Positions 1 through 9,633 of a stretch of DNA of 64,000 bases are shown piece by piece. Each line of letters starts with the position of its first letter. The stretch's first letter is position 1. Made by a program: the position numbers and the translations under genes. The notes under the pieces were generated by a model. The model was given only the letters and a program-made list of their open reading frames with translations. It made no database searches and was not told the origin of the DNA. The stretch is from sequence record LR756511.1; one strand, given 5' to 3'.

Positions 1-99
1 CATCATTTTCTCTTGGTGCTTCAGCACATACTTCTCGTACGATTGCAGCATATGCAATCGCACTATATCATAAGGATATTCTCGCACTTTGTCAATCAT
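1..99 (-). CDS. Hypothetical protein, truncated by window start
   Basis: ATG at 99 overlaps the PP2C stop; frame MIDKVREYPY... stays open to base 1. Confidence 0.5.
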   Translation of the reverse strand, partial: MIDKVREYPYDIVRLHMLQSYEKYVLKHQEKMM

Positions 100-925
100 C
101 TGCATGGATCACTCCCATCGAAAAGTCATCTGTGTGTCGAATGCCCTTGGCAGCGTAATCTCTCATAACCTTCTGGCACCGACGATGGACAAACTGCCCT
201 GTTGCACTTTTAAACCCAACCAAATCCTTAACAACATCCATGTATTCAATCGACTGGTTCTGGATACTGGTTGTCCCCTTGACTTGCTGGACGAAGGACT
301 TCAATCCATCTGAGACAACCGCAACCATATCATATTCATCCACAGGGAATACATAATGAATAAACTTTGCTTCATCTAGTGGCTTAGAAGTAACAAAAAA
401 CTGATGCCCGCCACCGCCAACGATCCTATTTTCTACCTCAAACTTTCCTGTTCCGAAATTATCAAAATAACTTTTACGAAGTCCTTCGTTCAAACTGTAG
501 TACAAATAATATGGCGCTCCTGTTTCATAATTATGAAACATTACCATAAGGTTATCAGCTTTCTTATGATGAGCGATAATGAAACCGTCGCCAGTAATGA
601 AAGCGTTGATAACGTTCCCTTTGTCAGACTTATAAGCGCAGAGAAGGGTTGCTGCCAAACAATCTTGATTCAAGTCAAGTGTCTTAACATAGCTGTTCGC
701 TAGTGTTAAAACCGCGTCCTTGAGAACGGGGAAGTCCATTGAGAGCGGTTTACTACGCTCTTTGATTACATTATGACACGCTTTGACGAGCAGCCTAGCT
801 CCCCAATCCGATTGTTCGGCGGATGAGCAACCGTCTGCTAAAATGACAAATTCGCCGTTAGCCACGGCGAAATCTTGGCAGACATGGTGGGTTGAGCCAA
901 TCGCATAGAATACATCAGCGGCCAT
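92..925 (-). CDS. PP2C-family (TerY-P-associated type) protein phosphatase
   Basis: H..CQD, LADGCSS, VSDG and DDFS metal-binding motifs. Confidence 0.85.
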   Translation of the reverse strand: MAADVFYAIGSTHHVCQDFAVANGEFVILADGCSSAEQSDWGARLLVKACHNVIKERSKPLSMDFPVLKDAVLTLANSYVKTLDLNQDCLAATLLCAYKSDKGNVINAFITGDGFIIAHHKKADNLMVMFHNYETGAPYYLYYSLNEGLRKSYFDNFGTGKFEVENRIVGGGGHQFFVTSKPLDEAKFIHYVFPVDEYDMVAVVSDGLKSFVQQVKGTTSIQNQSIEYMDVVKDLVGFKSATGQFVHRRCQKVMRDYAAKGIRHTDDFSMGVIHADD

Positions 926-954
926 TTTTGCACCCCAAGTTTGTATATACTTTC

Positions 955-1731
955 ATGAATCTAGCGATCTGTGCAATCATTAGAGACGAACGCGAAGATT
1001 ACTTAAAAGAATGGATAAACTATCACCTTGCAATTGGCGTTGATTTTATCCACTTTTACGATAACAATAGCAAAATCCCTGTTCAACCCTCAAATCGCGT
1101 GTTAGTAACACCATTCCCATGTATTGATAGATGCAGACAAATGATTGCCTACGATGACTTTATATCCAGACTCAAAGGGAAAGTCAAATGGACCGCGTTT
1201 ATTGATCCAGATGAATTCATTGTAATTCGCAACTCGCCGCACCGACTCGACACCTTCTTAGAGAACTATGAAAATTACGGCGGCGTTGGACTAAACTGGC
1301 TCATTTATGGCTCAAGTGGCGTTATTGACAACGCTAGCGGTTCTCAGATTCATGCATTTACTAAACGATCAAACTATACAGCCGCCATCAACAACCATAT
1401 AAAGACAATTACACAGCTTGAGCATGTATTGTGTGCAGTTGAAGGCCATTCTTACAGGTATTTAAATGGTCAATATTGCGTAAATGAAAAGTATCAACGT
1501 GTAGACGGTGCGTTCTCGCCTTTCTCCTGTGAACAAGCTTACATCAACCATTATACTATCCGTAGCAAAGATGACTATGCCGCCAAAATAGAAAAAGGCG
1601 TCGTTTGGGGCGATCCGTTAGTGTATAACTGGAAGAAATTTAATTTTAACGAAGCTTTCTGCAATGAAATAGAAGATAAAACATTAATTGAAATACACAA
1701 TCACCTTAATCCCCCTTCTGTACGCCAATAG
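955..1731 (+). CDS. Glycosyltransferase, GT2/GT92-like
   Basis: LAICAIIRDE..YLKEWINYH..GVDFIHFYDNNS, FIDPDEF and INHY motifs; start reassigned to ATG 955. Confidence 0.85.
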   Translation: MNLAICAIIRDEREDYLKEWINYHLAIGVDFIHFYDNNSKIPVQPSNRVLVTPFPCIDRCRQMIAYDDFISRLKGKVKWTAFIDPDEFIVIRNSPHRLDTFLENYENYGGVGLNWLIYGSSGVIDNASGSQIHAFTKRSNYTAAINNHIKTITQLEHVLCAVEGHSYRYLNGQYCVNEKYQRVDGAFSPFSCEQAYINHYTIRSKDDYAAKIEKGVVWGDPLVYNWKKFNFNEAFCNEIEDKTLIEIHNHLNPPSVRQ

Positions 1732-1936
1732 CAATCTTGTTAAGGTTGACCAGCTTATCTTTGGTAAAATCAATAAGTTTGCAATTGAATCGACGCAGAT
1801 CATCCACATCATCCTGAGTAATAACATCTGGCGTCTCCACCAACTCAGCATAACGAGCGCCAGAACCCAACAAGATTAGCGTATCGTGCAGAAAATGAAA
1901 ATAAGCTCTTGCGTTGTCAGACATTTCACACTTCAT
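1706..1936 (-). CDS. Hypothetical protein
   Basis: Tightly packed in the minus-strand run. Confidence 0.55.
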   Translation of the reverse strand: MKCEMSDNARAYFHFLHDTLILLGSGARYAELVETPDVITQDDVDDLRRFNCKLIDFTKDKLVNLNKIAIGVQKGD

Positions 1937-2486
1937 ATTCGTAGCTCACCTTAAGTTTGAAACCAGGAGGAATTGGCGGGAAGGCCCAGCCCAAACGCCA
2001 CTCGCCAGCCAGATACGACCCCTCCTTAACATAATTTACTACTTCTTCAAGCTTTGTAAAGTACATTTCTCCATTTGAGCCAATAGTAAAACTCTGTATT
2101 GGTTTGTCTTCAACCAGAACAGTGCCAGTTATCGTGCCTGGAACGGGCGTATTCTCTAGAGGGAACAACCGTTCATCAATCTCTTCACTTTGCCGCCAAA
2201 CTCGTTGCTGTGGGAAATTGCTAATATCCTCGCCAGCCTTCCATGCTTTCAATCGTGCCAATACATCAGGATGCTCTTTCCATGCTTCCTCGTCAAGCTC
2301 TAGACAATCTATACAAATTATGCCTAAGCCCATATGGTGAACAGTGCCATTAATACCCATGCTGACAACCATTCTACGCTTACACTTATTGCATTCGCAA
2401 AACTCGAAAAGACTATCAATTTGCCATGCATCTTTCTTTGCGGGAATCCAACAATAAGGATTCATTCTTCTAATACTCCTTCCCAA
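1926..2486 (-). CDS. Hypothetical protein with CxxC pairs
   Basis: 186 aa ORF overlapping both neighbours. Confidence 0.65.
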   Translation of the reverse strand: MGRSIRRMNPYCWIPAKKDAWQIDSLFEFCECNKCKRRMVVSMGINGTVHHMGLGIICIDCLELDEEAWKEHPDVLARLKAWKAGEDISNFPQQRVWRQSEEIDERLFPLENTPVPGTITGTVLVEDKPIQSFTIGSNGEMYFTKLEEVVNYVKEGSYLAGEWRLGWAFPPIPPGFKLKVSYEYEV

Positions 2487-2866
2487 AATCTTCTAAAGTG
2501 GTCGGCTAAATCTGCCGCCAAACCATTTGTATACTCGTCAGCCATTCGTGTCATTACATAAATACACTTATTAGGCTTGCCGCGTAATTGCGGCCAAACT
2601 TCAATCCACCGCTCCTTCGGCATAAATTCCTTCATTCGGTAAGGCCAATCAACAATACGCTCAAACGCATTGCTCGGCTTACCAAATAAAACAACAAACC
2701 AACGGTCCTTGTCCCAATAAATTTTCTTAGCACCTTCCCCGAAGTAATCCTCTAGGAAATGAGTTACTTCCTTCTTTGTAGGATACTTCTTACAGAATCG
2801 CACCACACGATCTAAGGACATAACTGTTTCTTTTCTTCTTCTGTTAGCTGATCCCATCGACGCCAA
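2462..2866 (-). CDS. Hypothetical protein
   Basis: Packed ORF; true start may be the downstream MSLDRVV. Confidence 0.6.
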   Translation of the reverse strand: MASMGSANRRRKETVMSLDRVVRFCKKYPTKKEVTHFLEDYFGEGAKKIYWDKDRWFVVLFGKPSNAFERIVDWPYRMKEFMPKERWIEVWPQLRGKPNKCIYVMTRMADEYTNGLAADLADHFRRFWEGVLEE

Positions 2867-3000
2867 TGTTCTTCATCATTTCTCATTGGCGTATGTTTTC
2901 CCGCGAGATTATTACAAAACCAATACCATCGCCCATCATCAGGCTCTTGCCAGAAGTCCAGTGGCCCACCGCAACGACGGCATTTAGGTCTTTCGCTCAA
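2812..3000 (-). CDS. Small Zn-ribbon-like protein
   Basis: CRRC...WFC pattern. Confidence 0.5.
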   Translation of the reverse strand: MSERPKCRRCGGPLDFWQEPDDGRWYWFCNNLAGKHTPMRNDEEHWRRWDQLTEEEKKQLCP

Positions 3001-3247
3001 ATTTCAACCCCAATACTTGCATCTCTTCCTTAGATAGCTTCTTCGACACCGCCGCAAGTGCCACTTTTCGTTCTGCTTCTTTCTTCTCTCTATTCGCCTT
3101 AGCCGTCACCTTGGCCTTTTCTTTCTTCTCTTTATACAGCTTTAAGCCATCTTTATATTCGTCTTCGAAGTCTTCGAACAGCCATCGCGTAGGAAACTCG
3201 CCCCATTCTAATGACCACTCGCCACCATCTTTGGTAACGATTATCAT
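2984..3247 (-). CDS. Hypothetical protein
   Basis: ATGA overlap with the upstream small ORF. Confidence 0.6.
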   Translation of the reverse strand: MIIVTKDGGEWSLEWGEFPTRWLFEDFEDEYKDGLKLYKEKKEKAKVTAKANREKKEAERKVALAAVSKKLSKEEMQVLGLKFERKT

Positions 3248-3387
3248 TTTTGATCCATTCGTCCACTCGCCAGTAATATCAAATCATTCGCAAACCTTAA
3301 AAGAAGGTCGAGTGCAGCATCTTCTTTGGTGAAGAACTTACGTTTCTCACATGGCTTTTTATGATGTGGAATATTTCTAATAGACAT
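3244..3387 (-). CDS. Small hypothetical protein (47 aa, not in ORF track)
   Basis: ATG directly follows the TGA of 3388-4014 and the ORF ends in an ATGA overlap. Confidence 0.5.
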   Translation of the reverse strand: MSIRNIPHHKKPCEKRKFFTKEDAALDLLLRFANDLILLASGRMDQK

Positions 3388-4014
3388 TCATACTCCTAAC
3401 TCCGCTATCGCAGCCTGTCTTTCAGGCAAAATTAATCTGGCGATTTCATACAACCCTGTATGTTCCTTCGCATTGATTATCTGATGATTCAATCGTGCGG
3501 AATTATGGTCATTTAAGCAGACTTTCTCCCATGTGTCAAGCCTTGCTTGCCATTGGCGAGCAGTTATCTCGTTCGGCTTGTCTGAGGAGTTCCAGTAGGC
3601 ATACTCTTCCGCCTCTTCTGGAATTTTAAACTTCTCGTAAATCCAACCTTCCCCAATTGGAATGATGTAAGCCTTGTTATTATACAACCACAAATTCAAA
3701 GAAATGTCAAAACAGAATAGGAAGTCTCTCTCTGCCTGTTTGCTTGCTTCTGCACAAGTGCGGAAAACATGCCTAAAACGGCACAACTTTCCCAACTTTT
3801 GTTGGTATTGCTCGTAGGACATTTCATCCTGCCAGCCTTTATCGTAAACTTCCTTTATTACTGAATCTTCCACATGCTTCATTAGCTCCTTAGCCCGCTT
3901 CGCGGCGGCTTTAAAGCATGTTTCACGAAATGCAGGAAGAAAGACTTTGGTGAAGTCTTTGATGCCGCAACGGTATGCTGTGTAGATTTTTGTACTCATT
4001 TTCGCTTCCACCAC
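3388..4014 (-). CDS. Hypothetical phage protein
   Basis: 208 aa ORF in the minus-strand run. Confidence 0.7.
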   Translation of the reverse strand: MVEAKMSTKIYTAYRCGIKDFTKVFLPAFRETCFKAAAKRAKELMKHVEDSVIKEVYDKGWQDEMSYEQYQQKLGKLCRFRHVFRTCAEASKQAERDFLFCFDISLNLWLYNNKAYIIPIGEGWIYEKFKIPEEAEEYAYWNSSDKPNEITARQWQARLDTWEKVCLNDHNSARLNHQIINAKEHTGLYEIARLILPERQAAIAELGV

Positions 4015-4080
4015 ACCACAAGTTTTTCTATGAAATAAGAGATAATTGTCGTAACTAAGAAAATAGAACTGTCGCGTAGA

Positions 4081-4347
4081 TCATGCATTTACTCGCTCAC
4101 GTTCGATTTGACCGCACTTACATCCATATGCCATAAGTTGCACAATATCGCAAGTGCATTTTTCGGATGTTTTCTTTACTAGCTTGAAGCGACCACGGTG
4201 ATACCATATGTCCCCAAGCTTTCCTTCTACAAGGATATTTCCAGGTGATTTTTCGCCGTCTTTGACGACATAAATATCGCCGTTTTTAAGAGTGCCTTGC
4301 ACTCCTGTATCGTCAATACAAACAACATTATCGCCAGTTTTAAACAT
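4081..4347 (-). CDS. Hypothetical protein (SH3-like N-terminus)
   Basis: FKTGDNVVCID...LKNGDIYVV pattern common in phage small proteins. Confidence 0.6.
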   Translation of the reverse strand: MFKTGDNVVCIDDTGVQGTLKNGDIYVVKDGEKSPGNILVEGKLGDIWYHRGRFKLVKKTSEKCTCDIVQLMAYGCKCGQIERERVNA

Positions 4348-4356
4348 AAACAGTAA

Positions 4357-4388
4357 CGGGCATAGGCCGATTGCTCAACCTATGCCCG
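4357..4388 (-). terminator. Hairpin downstream of the vWA gene
   Basis: 10-bp stem CGGGCATAGG/CCTATGCCCG. Confidence 0.6.
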
Positions 4389-4407
4389 CGCCCTGAAAAC
4401 GTTTCCT

Positions 4408-5148
4408 TTAGAATGTCAGCGATGCACTTGGACCGCCGCTGCCAAGAGCCTGAGACTGCGAGCTAATTGACTTGCTCACGAATGCGGCAAGCTTAGCAAG
4501 AGTCTTTTCGCTGGCATCCTTCAACTCAACATACTGCGTAAACTCCGCAAGCTTGTTGAAATCGTTCAGGAAGTTAGCGATATAAGGATCATTGACATTA
4601 ACGCCGATCAAGACAGAAACAAGGCTTTCCAAAGCTTCGCTCTGGACGCACTTCGACAGGGCATCCTTAACCTGCTTCGCGCCAAACTTGCTGGCATTAT
4701 CCGCCCCGTCCGTGACAATGAACACGCACGCATTGCACAAATAATCATTATCAGCAAGATTCTTGGCGTAATCCTTCGTGGCTTCGATAGCATCGCAACT
4801 TGCATCAAATAGAGCAGTCGAACCGCCGTTGCCGTAAACGCCATCGTAATCGCCCACGTTACAAGCTTGCAACAGCTTGAATCCGTGAACTTCACGGTAA
4901 TTGGTGCCGAATGCCACCAAGCGAAGCATCAGGTTATCGGCACGCGGGCTATACCGACAAGCCTTAACGATTTCCTTAATAACGTTTTCCATTTCATTCT
5001 TGAACGGTTCAGTAGAACCGCTTTCATCAAGAACGATAGTGCAGAGGGTATATTCCGTAGCCCCCGCAAGGTCCGCAAGCCGCGTTCCCGTATACCCGAA
5101 ATGAGTACCAGGAACTTGCCGACTCTCCATCTGGTCAAACTTAGGCAT
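4408..5148 (-). CDS. vWA-domain protein (TerY-like)
   Basis: MIDAS motif DESGS, GSTALFD, VFIVTDG. Confidence 0.9.
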   Translation of the reverse strand: MPKFDQMESRQVPGTHFGYTGTRLADLAGATEYTLCTIVLDESGSTEPFKNEMENVIKEIVKACRYSPRADNLMLRLVAFGTNYREVHGFKLLQACNVGDYDGVYGNGGSTALFDASCDAIEATKDYAKNLADNDYLCNACVFIVTDGADNASKFGAKQVKDALSKCVQSEALESLVSVLIGVNVNDPYIANFLNDFNKLAEFTQYVELKDASEKTLAKLAAFVSKSISSQSQALGSGGPSASLTF

Positions 5149-5599
5149 GACTGTTCTCCTTCCTACATTTGTTTATGACTTCATCCGCAAATTGTTCTGT
5201 GTTTGGTGTAAGGCAACGATTTGGCTTAAACCTCATGCTATTTTCCGTTGGCTTAAGTATTATATTGCCATAATAATATGGCCTAAGCACTGGTTGCGTG
5301 CATTGCGTTTGACCAAGATGTTGCTCGCAATTTAATTCGCCCCAAAAAAGCGTTAATCCATATTCAATAGCATCACCTTGATTTACCCAAACCTTTCGCG
5401 TTCGCATAGCCTTAGCGTAAAGACCACCATGCTCAATATCACCTTCTGTAAATTCGAAGCTAATTCCTTCGAATACTTCGTCAACATTGGCAATATGACC
5501 TTTTTCGTTAAACTTCACGACAAAAGGTTTTTGTTTGGCAAATAACTTGCCAGCGCCAAGGAAGGCTAGCACCGAGAACATAAATCCACGGCGTTCCAT
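5141..5599 (-). CDS. Hypothetical protein with Tat-like N-terminus
   Basis: MERRGF plus a hydrophobic stretch. Confidence 0.55.
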   Translation of the reverse strand: MERRGFMFSVLAFLGAGKLFAKQKPFVVKFNEKGHIANVDEVFEGISFEFTEGDIEHGGLYAKAMRTRKVWVNQGDAIEYGLTLFWGELNCEQHLGQTQCTQPVLRPYYYGNIILKPTENSMRFKPNRCLTPNTEQFADEVINKCRKENSHA

Positions 5600-5600
5600 G

Positions 5601-5882
5601 TTACTTCCCCAAAATCTTATTCTTTTCTACCTTCCACTTTCCACGCTTGGAAGTGGGACCGCTTTTATGCTTTCGCTGAGGAGCATCAACAACAACTTCA
5701 TTATTACCAGTGAAGTCTTTAAACTTCTTCTTCGGCATTTGAAGGCGAAGCCAGGAATGATCCTTGCAGAAGGCGTGTCCACGCCGACTCTTAATCCGAC
5801 CCTTTGGACATTCCTTAACCTTGCACCTGTCCTTGCTTGGAGAAACAATACCCGCAGATGTTTCATTCACTTCGATGCGCAT
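5601..5882 (-). CDS. Basic hypothetical protein with a Cys/His cluster
   Basis: C..KEC....H.FC..H pattern. Confidence 0.5.
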   Translation of the reverse strand: MRIEVNETSAGIVSPSKDRCKVKECPKGRIKSRRGHAFCKDHSWLRLQMPKKKFKDFTGNNEVVVDAPQRKHKSGPTSKRGKWKVEKNKILGK

Positions 5883-5884
5883 GT

Positions 5885-6532
5885 TTAACTCCTTGCTCCT
5901 GCCTTTTGTTGTAGTTCAACATCCAACACTCTAGCTTCGTTTCGAGCAACTTTAACCACGATTGCCGTCGTCACTAAGAACCCAGCAACAACCGAGAATG
6001 CCACTAAAGCAATGACAAAGATTACCAATCCAGCTTTACTATCCTCTGAATCATCGTCACCGCCAGAGAACTTAGAGAAGAAACTGCCAACATTCTCAAA
6101 TGCTGGTCCCATATGCGTGAAGACATCAATCGTGTTGCTAATCTGAGCGTAGGTATTCCACCCAGCCACCGCAATTGACGTAAAGGTTCGTTCCCGCCAT
6201 GCCTGAATTAAAGAATCAATCCAGATGAATAACCCCGACAAACAGATTGCAGGGGCAAGGACAATATAGCCTAAATTCATTGTGGCAACTAATGCCTGTT
6301 GATCGAACCCAAACCAATGATTAACATAGGATAGAAGGGCAAGCGGGAGTAAGAAACACCAACTAAACCCGCAACCGCTCATGATGAAGCCGCACCACGT
6401 AATGAGACGGGTCCAACCGCCCATTTGCTTAGTATAAGGCCACATCTTGCCTACCGCATAAGCGTTCCAGGCAGAGATGCCAAGATTAAGAATCCAAATA
6501 AAAGCAATTAGCATGTATTCCATGTTACTCAC
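5885..6532 (-). CDS. Multi-pass membrane protein
   Basis: About five hydrophobic segments. Confidence 0.7.
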   Translation of the reverse strand: MSNMEYMLIAFIWILNLGISAWNAYAVGKMWPYTKQMGGWTRLITWCGFIMSGCGFSWCFLLPLALLSYVNHWFGFDQQALVATMNLGYIVLAPAICLSGLFIWIDSLIQAWRERTFTSIAVAGWNTYAQISNTIDVFTHMGPAFENVGSFFSKFSGGDDDSEDSKAGLVIFVIALVAFSVVAGFLVTTAIVVKVARNEARVLDVELQQKAGARS

Positions 6533-6755
6533 CTTTCAGATGCTCGTTTATCATTGCGATAACCTTTGCATCATCGTCGTTATCAGAATCAAGCCATTCC
6601 AAATCACGTTCGGTATAGAGTGAGCAGCCACCAGCCCCATAGAGAGTGGCACCGTCACTTAAACCGTCTGCGTAAGCTTCCATTATCTCTTCGTTGGGTT
6701 TTTCCACAACTTCATGGAATTCACCTTCGCAAACGATAATTCCTTTAACCGACAT
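6525..6755 (-). CDS. Acidic hypothetical protein
   Basis: Start reassigned to ATG 6755 behind a GGGAG ribosome-binding site. Confidence 0.55.
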   Translation of the reverse strand: MSVKGIIVCEGEFHEVVEKPNEEIMEAYADGLSDGATLYGAGGCSLYTERDLEWLDSDNDDDAKVIAMINEHLKGE

Positions 6756-6865
6756 TTCTATCTCCCTTGAATCAACCACAATGTCAAAACAATGATCGGA
6801 GAGAAGAACATAATCCAAAACAATACTAAAACATAATAACAACAGAACTTCTTAAACACTCTTGC

Positions 6866-7048
6866 TCACCCTTCATATTTTAACTTAATGTAATGCTCGC
6901 CATAACCATCCGCCAAGTTGATTTCGCCAGTAACCTTGCTGGGAATCTTCTTGCTAAGGTATTCGTCAATTAATCTTGATTCTTCCTCGTTTTCAGGAAG
7001 AAGAACCAAAGACTTTTCGCCCATTACCTTTCGGCCTAAAAGTTTCAT
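6866..7048 (-). CDS. Hypothetical protein
   Basis: Overlaps neighbour in the run. Confidence 0.5.
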   Translation of the reverse strand: MKLLGRKVMGEKSLVLLPENEEESRLIDEYLSKKIPSKVTGEINLADGYGEHYIKLKYEG

Positions 7049-7242
7049 TTCCGTGCCGCCTCAGTAATATTCCATGCTTCCTGTGCCAGTGCTTTATCAT
7101 GCAGGCAGGCCATTGCGTAATTTGCCATTACCACCCTGATTTCATCTTCTGATAATGTAGACTTAAATTTGAAGCCATCATACTCGTCAAACATTTCAAA
7201 CATGAAATCATCAATGGTCATTTCTTTTTCTTCCTCTTCCAA
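7045..7242 (-). CDS. Hypothetical protein
   Basis: Packed ORF; true start may be MTIDDF. Confidence 0.45.
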   Translation of the reverse strand: MEEEEKEMTIDDFMFEMFDEYDGFKFKSTLSEDEIRVVMANYAMACLHDKALAQEAWNITEAARK

Positions 7243-7375
7243 TGGCCTTTCTTGACCACATGCATCGGACCATCAGGCGTATCGACTTTCTTAATGCGAG
7301 TCACCTTAATTGGCTTTCCGCTTTTAAGATCGGCAAGGAATTGCTCAAGTCGTTCCTTGATGGTCTTTTCAACGT

Positions 7376-7561
7376 TCATCCGATATCAACCTCTGTAACA
7401 ACCCCGCCATCAATCTGTAAGTTGACCCGATTGGTGCGAAAGTCTTTTGTTACCATGTGGCTTTTTTCATCTTCTCTTAAAACTCGGACCTTCCAGCCGT
7501 GCGATTCAAGATACTTAATTGCGTCCGCTTTTGGAACGCCTAATACGTCAGCTATTTCCAT
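7376..7561 (-). CDS. Peptidase inhibitor I78-like small protein
   Basis: MVTKDFRTNRVNLQIDGGVVTEVDIG resembles the I78/I13 reactive loop. Confidence 0.6.
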   Translation of the reverse strand: MEIADVLGVPKADAIKYLESHGWKVRVLREDEKSHMVTKDFRTNRVNLQIDGGVVTEVDIG

Positions 7562-7575
7562 ACTTAAATCCTTGT

Positions 7576-7601
7576 GGGGCTATACCCAATTGTATAGCCC
7601 C
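7576..7601 (-). terminator. Hairpin downstream of nicotinamidase
   Basis: 10-bp stem GGGGCTATAC/GTATAGCCCC. Confidence 0.65.
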
Positions 7602-7611
7602 CATAAAACTC

Positions 7612-8412
7612 TTACACCAAGAAATCCTTCGTTGTCGTAACCTGCATACCGCGCTTCTTCATATCGGTTACGAAATCCTGACCCAACTTCTCGAAACCGC
7701 CAACGTCGCTGGTCGCATCTTCCAGCAGAACCAGCTTCTTAACCAACGAATCATCACTGAAATAGTTGCAAGCATCGCGGCCAGTGTTTGCAAGACAGTG
7801 CGAACGAGCTTCACCCGCGAGAAGAACCAAGTCAGCTTCGTTGATGGTATTGAGGAAACCAACATTCATCTGAGTGCCAGGATCGCTAGCATCAGGAACG
7901 TCAGCAACGATAGCGGAGTAGTGTTCCGTGAAGACGTTAGAACCCTTCGTAACGAAATCGACGGTAGCGAAGTCGCCACACCACTCCATTAAAGCCTCAT
8001 AAAGCGGTGGGAAGACGGTTTGGCCCATAGACCCAATCAGACAGTGGGGTGGCCAAATACACAAGGGATAACGAGCATTCGTCTCAAGCTTTTCGACATA
8101 TTCCTTGGCACGCTTGAACGTGCTAGGCATACGGGTAGTCCAGGTGCCGTCCCGAACGTCCTTGGCAGTAATAATCGTGAAAGGCTTGGGAGGATTGCCA
8201 GCCGAATCTTTCCAGAAAATCGGATGGGCAATATGAACTAAATGGTGGGAGTCGAGAGTAACGTGAATGTCGTCAATCTTGTCTTTAAGTCGCTTGAGCA
8301 TGGTTGCTAAACGCTGCATATCCTTATCGGCGCCGCCCACATATAGGGCACCTTTCGGATCGCAGAAATCGACCTGCGGATCAATCACCACCAGATGAAT
8401 CTTCTTAGCCAT
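7612..8412 (-). CDS. pncA: Nicotinamidase (cysteine hydrolase/isochorismatase family)
   Basis: IDPQVDF, TLDSH..H, WPPHC, VTKG and ARSHC (D-K-C triad plus metal ligands). Confidence 0.85.
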   Translation of the reverse strand: MAKKIHLVVIDPQVDFCDPKGALYVGGADKDMQRLATMLKRLKDKIDDIHVTLDSHHLVHIAHPIFWKDSAGNPPKPFTIITAKDVRDGTWTTRMPSTFKRAKEYVEKLETNARYPLCIWPPHCLIGSMGQTVFPPLYEALMEWCGDFATVDFVTKGSNVFTEHYSAIVADVPDASDPGTQMNVGFLNTINEADLVLLAGEARSHCLANTGRDACNYFSDDSLVKKLVLLEDATSDVGGFEKLGQDFVTDMKKRGMQVTTTKDFLV

Positions 8413-8579
8413 TTTTCTTTCCTTTCTTCTTTCTCTTTATCTTGCTCTTTGGTTTACGATTCTCAAGCCACGCACACAGAGGCTTTAAATCACCATGAGA
8501 AGCCCCGTAGAGAGCCGTGCCTATAAACGCTTGCAAGTCCGTAACTGGCTGTTTCATCTACCTACACCTTACCACAAAT

Positions 8580-8879
8580 TTACCATTTGGAAAGCGGCAT
8601 AATCAAGTTCTGGTATTTCCTTGCATCAAAAGCATCAATAAACTTCGATACTGGTTTTGGCATTTCGATTTGCACTTTCCCTACATTGGAATACAGCCTA
8701 GTCATGGTAATCTTACAGCGGGTTTTCATTTTCTTCCGCACGTAACGCGCCACAGGGCATTGCTTAGCGTGACACCAGATACCCTTAATCTTTTCTTTCT
8801 CCAAGGTCTTTGCAACTTCCGTTCTTGTCGCCCCTAAAGACCCAAGAACCTTCCTTACATTAGCCTCAGTAATTTTCAC
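8580..8879 (-). CDS. Hypothetical phage protein
   Basis: CPVARY motif seen in phage small proteins. Confidence 0.55.
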   Translation of the reverse strand: MKITEANVRKVLGSLGATRTEVAKTLEKEKIKGIWCHAKQCPVARYVRKKMKTRCKITMTRLYSNVGKVQIEMPKPVSKFIDAFDARKYQNLIMPLSKW

Positions 8880-9057
8880 TTTACCGTCCTATAGAAATAA
8901 GGGCACTCATTACCCAATCTTGCCTTCAATTCATCCGCTTCCGCAATCAACTTCTTTGCTTCCTCACCATCATGCGGCTCACGGCGATATCTTACCTCCT
9001 CACGACCATTAGGCCAAACGTATACTATTTCAAGAGTCATTGCAATATCATCTTCGA

Positions 9058-9390
9058 TTATTCTACTACCACCTTCAACTTAACGTCGGCAACCTTACTG
9101 ACTTCGAACGCAAGGAAATTGTCCTTTGTATCATCGTCTTCCATAAGGAACTTGATGAGAGTAATCCACTGTTCCTTATAACTGGTGATATAATGCTTAA
9201 AGGTATCGTAATGCTCTGTATGAGCAGGATAACCATGTCCAGGGGCCGTACGGCTACGCTCATCCCCTTCAATGTAGACACTTTCCTTCTCATAAACAAT
9301 AACCGCGTAATGGGAACTGCGGAGAATGTCTTGGGGGTTCCTTACACGGATAATATCTTTTAAATCCCTAAGCTTATATAAATAACTCAT
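9058..9390 (-). CDS. Hypothetical protein
   Basis: GGAGG ribosome-binding site, packed. Confidence 0.6.
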   Translation of the reverse strand: MSYLYKLRDLKDIIRVRNPQDILRSSHYAVIVYEKESVYIEGDERSRTAPGHGYPAHTEHYDTFKHYITSYKEQWITLIKFLMEDDDTKDNFLAFEVSKVADVKLKVVVE

Positions 9391-9399
9391 ATAGCCTCC

Positions 9400-9633
9400 T
9401 TACAGGTATAACAGCCAGCATTCGCCTTCTTGTTCTCTCACCCAACCTTCTTCAATAAGAATCTTTTCATCATTCTCATGAAGCAATAAAGGTAGTTCAT
9501 CGACTAGGATATAAAGAAGTGACGGATTTTTAGGCGCGCTTGAGAATTCAAAGCACGCGGGAACATAATCTACAGTTACCCTAGCTTCATCAGGAAAATA
9601 TCTAAGTTGCTGCCGTAGCTCCTTCACCGTCAT
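9400..9633 (-). CDS. Hypothetical phage protein
   Basis: MTVKELRQQL..P.EA.V N-terminus typical of phage small proteins. Confidence 0.6.
   Translation of the reverse strand: MTVKELRQQLRYFPDEARVTVDYVPACFEFSSAPKNPSLLYILVDELPLLLHENDEKILIEEGWVREQEGECWLLYL

Noticed and set aside
3244-3387. Frameshift joining the 47-aa ORF to 2984-3247 (…ANDFDITGEW…)
   Set aside because: The two ORFs already form a normal ATGA-coupled pair, so no shift is needed.
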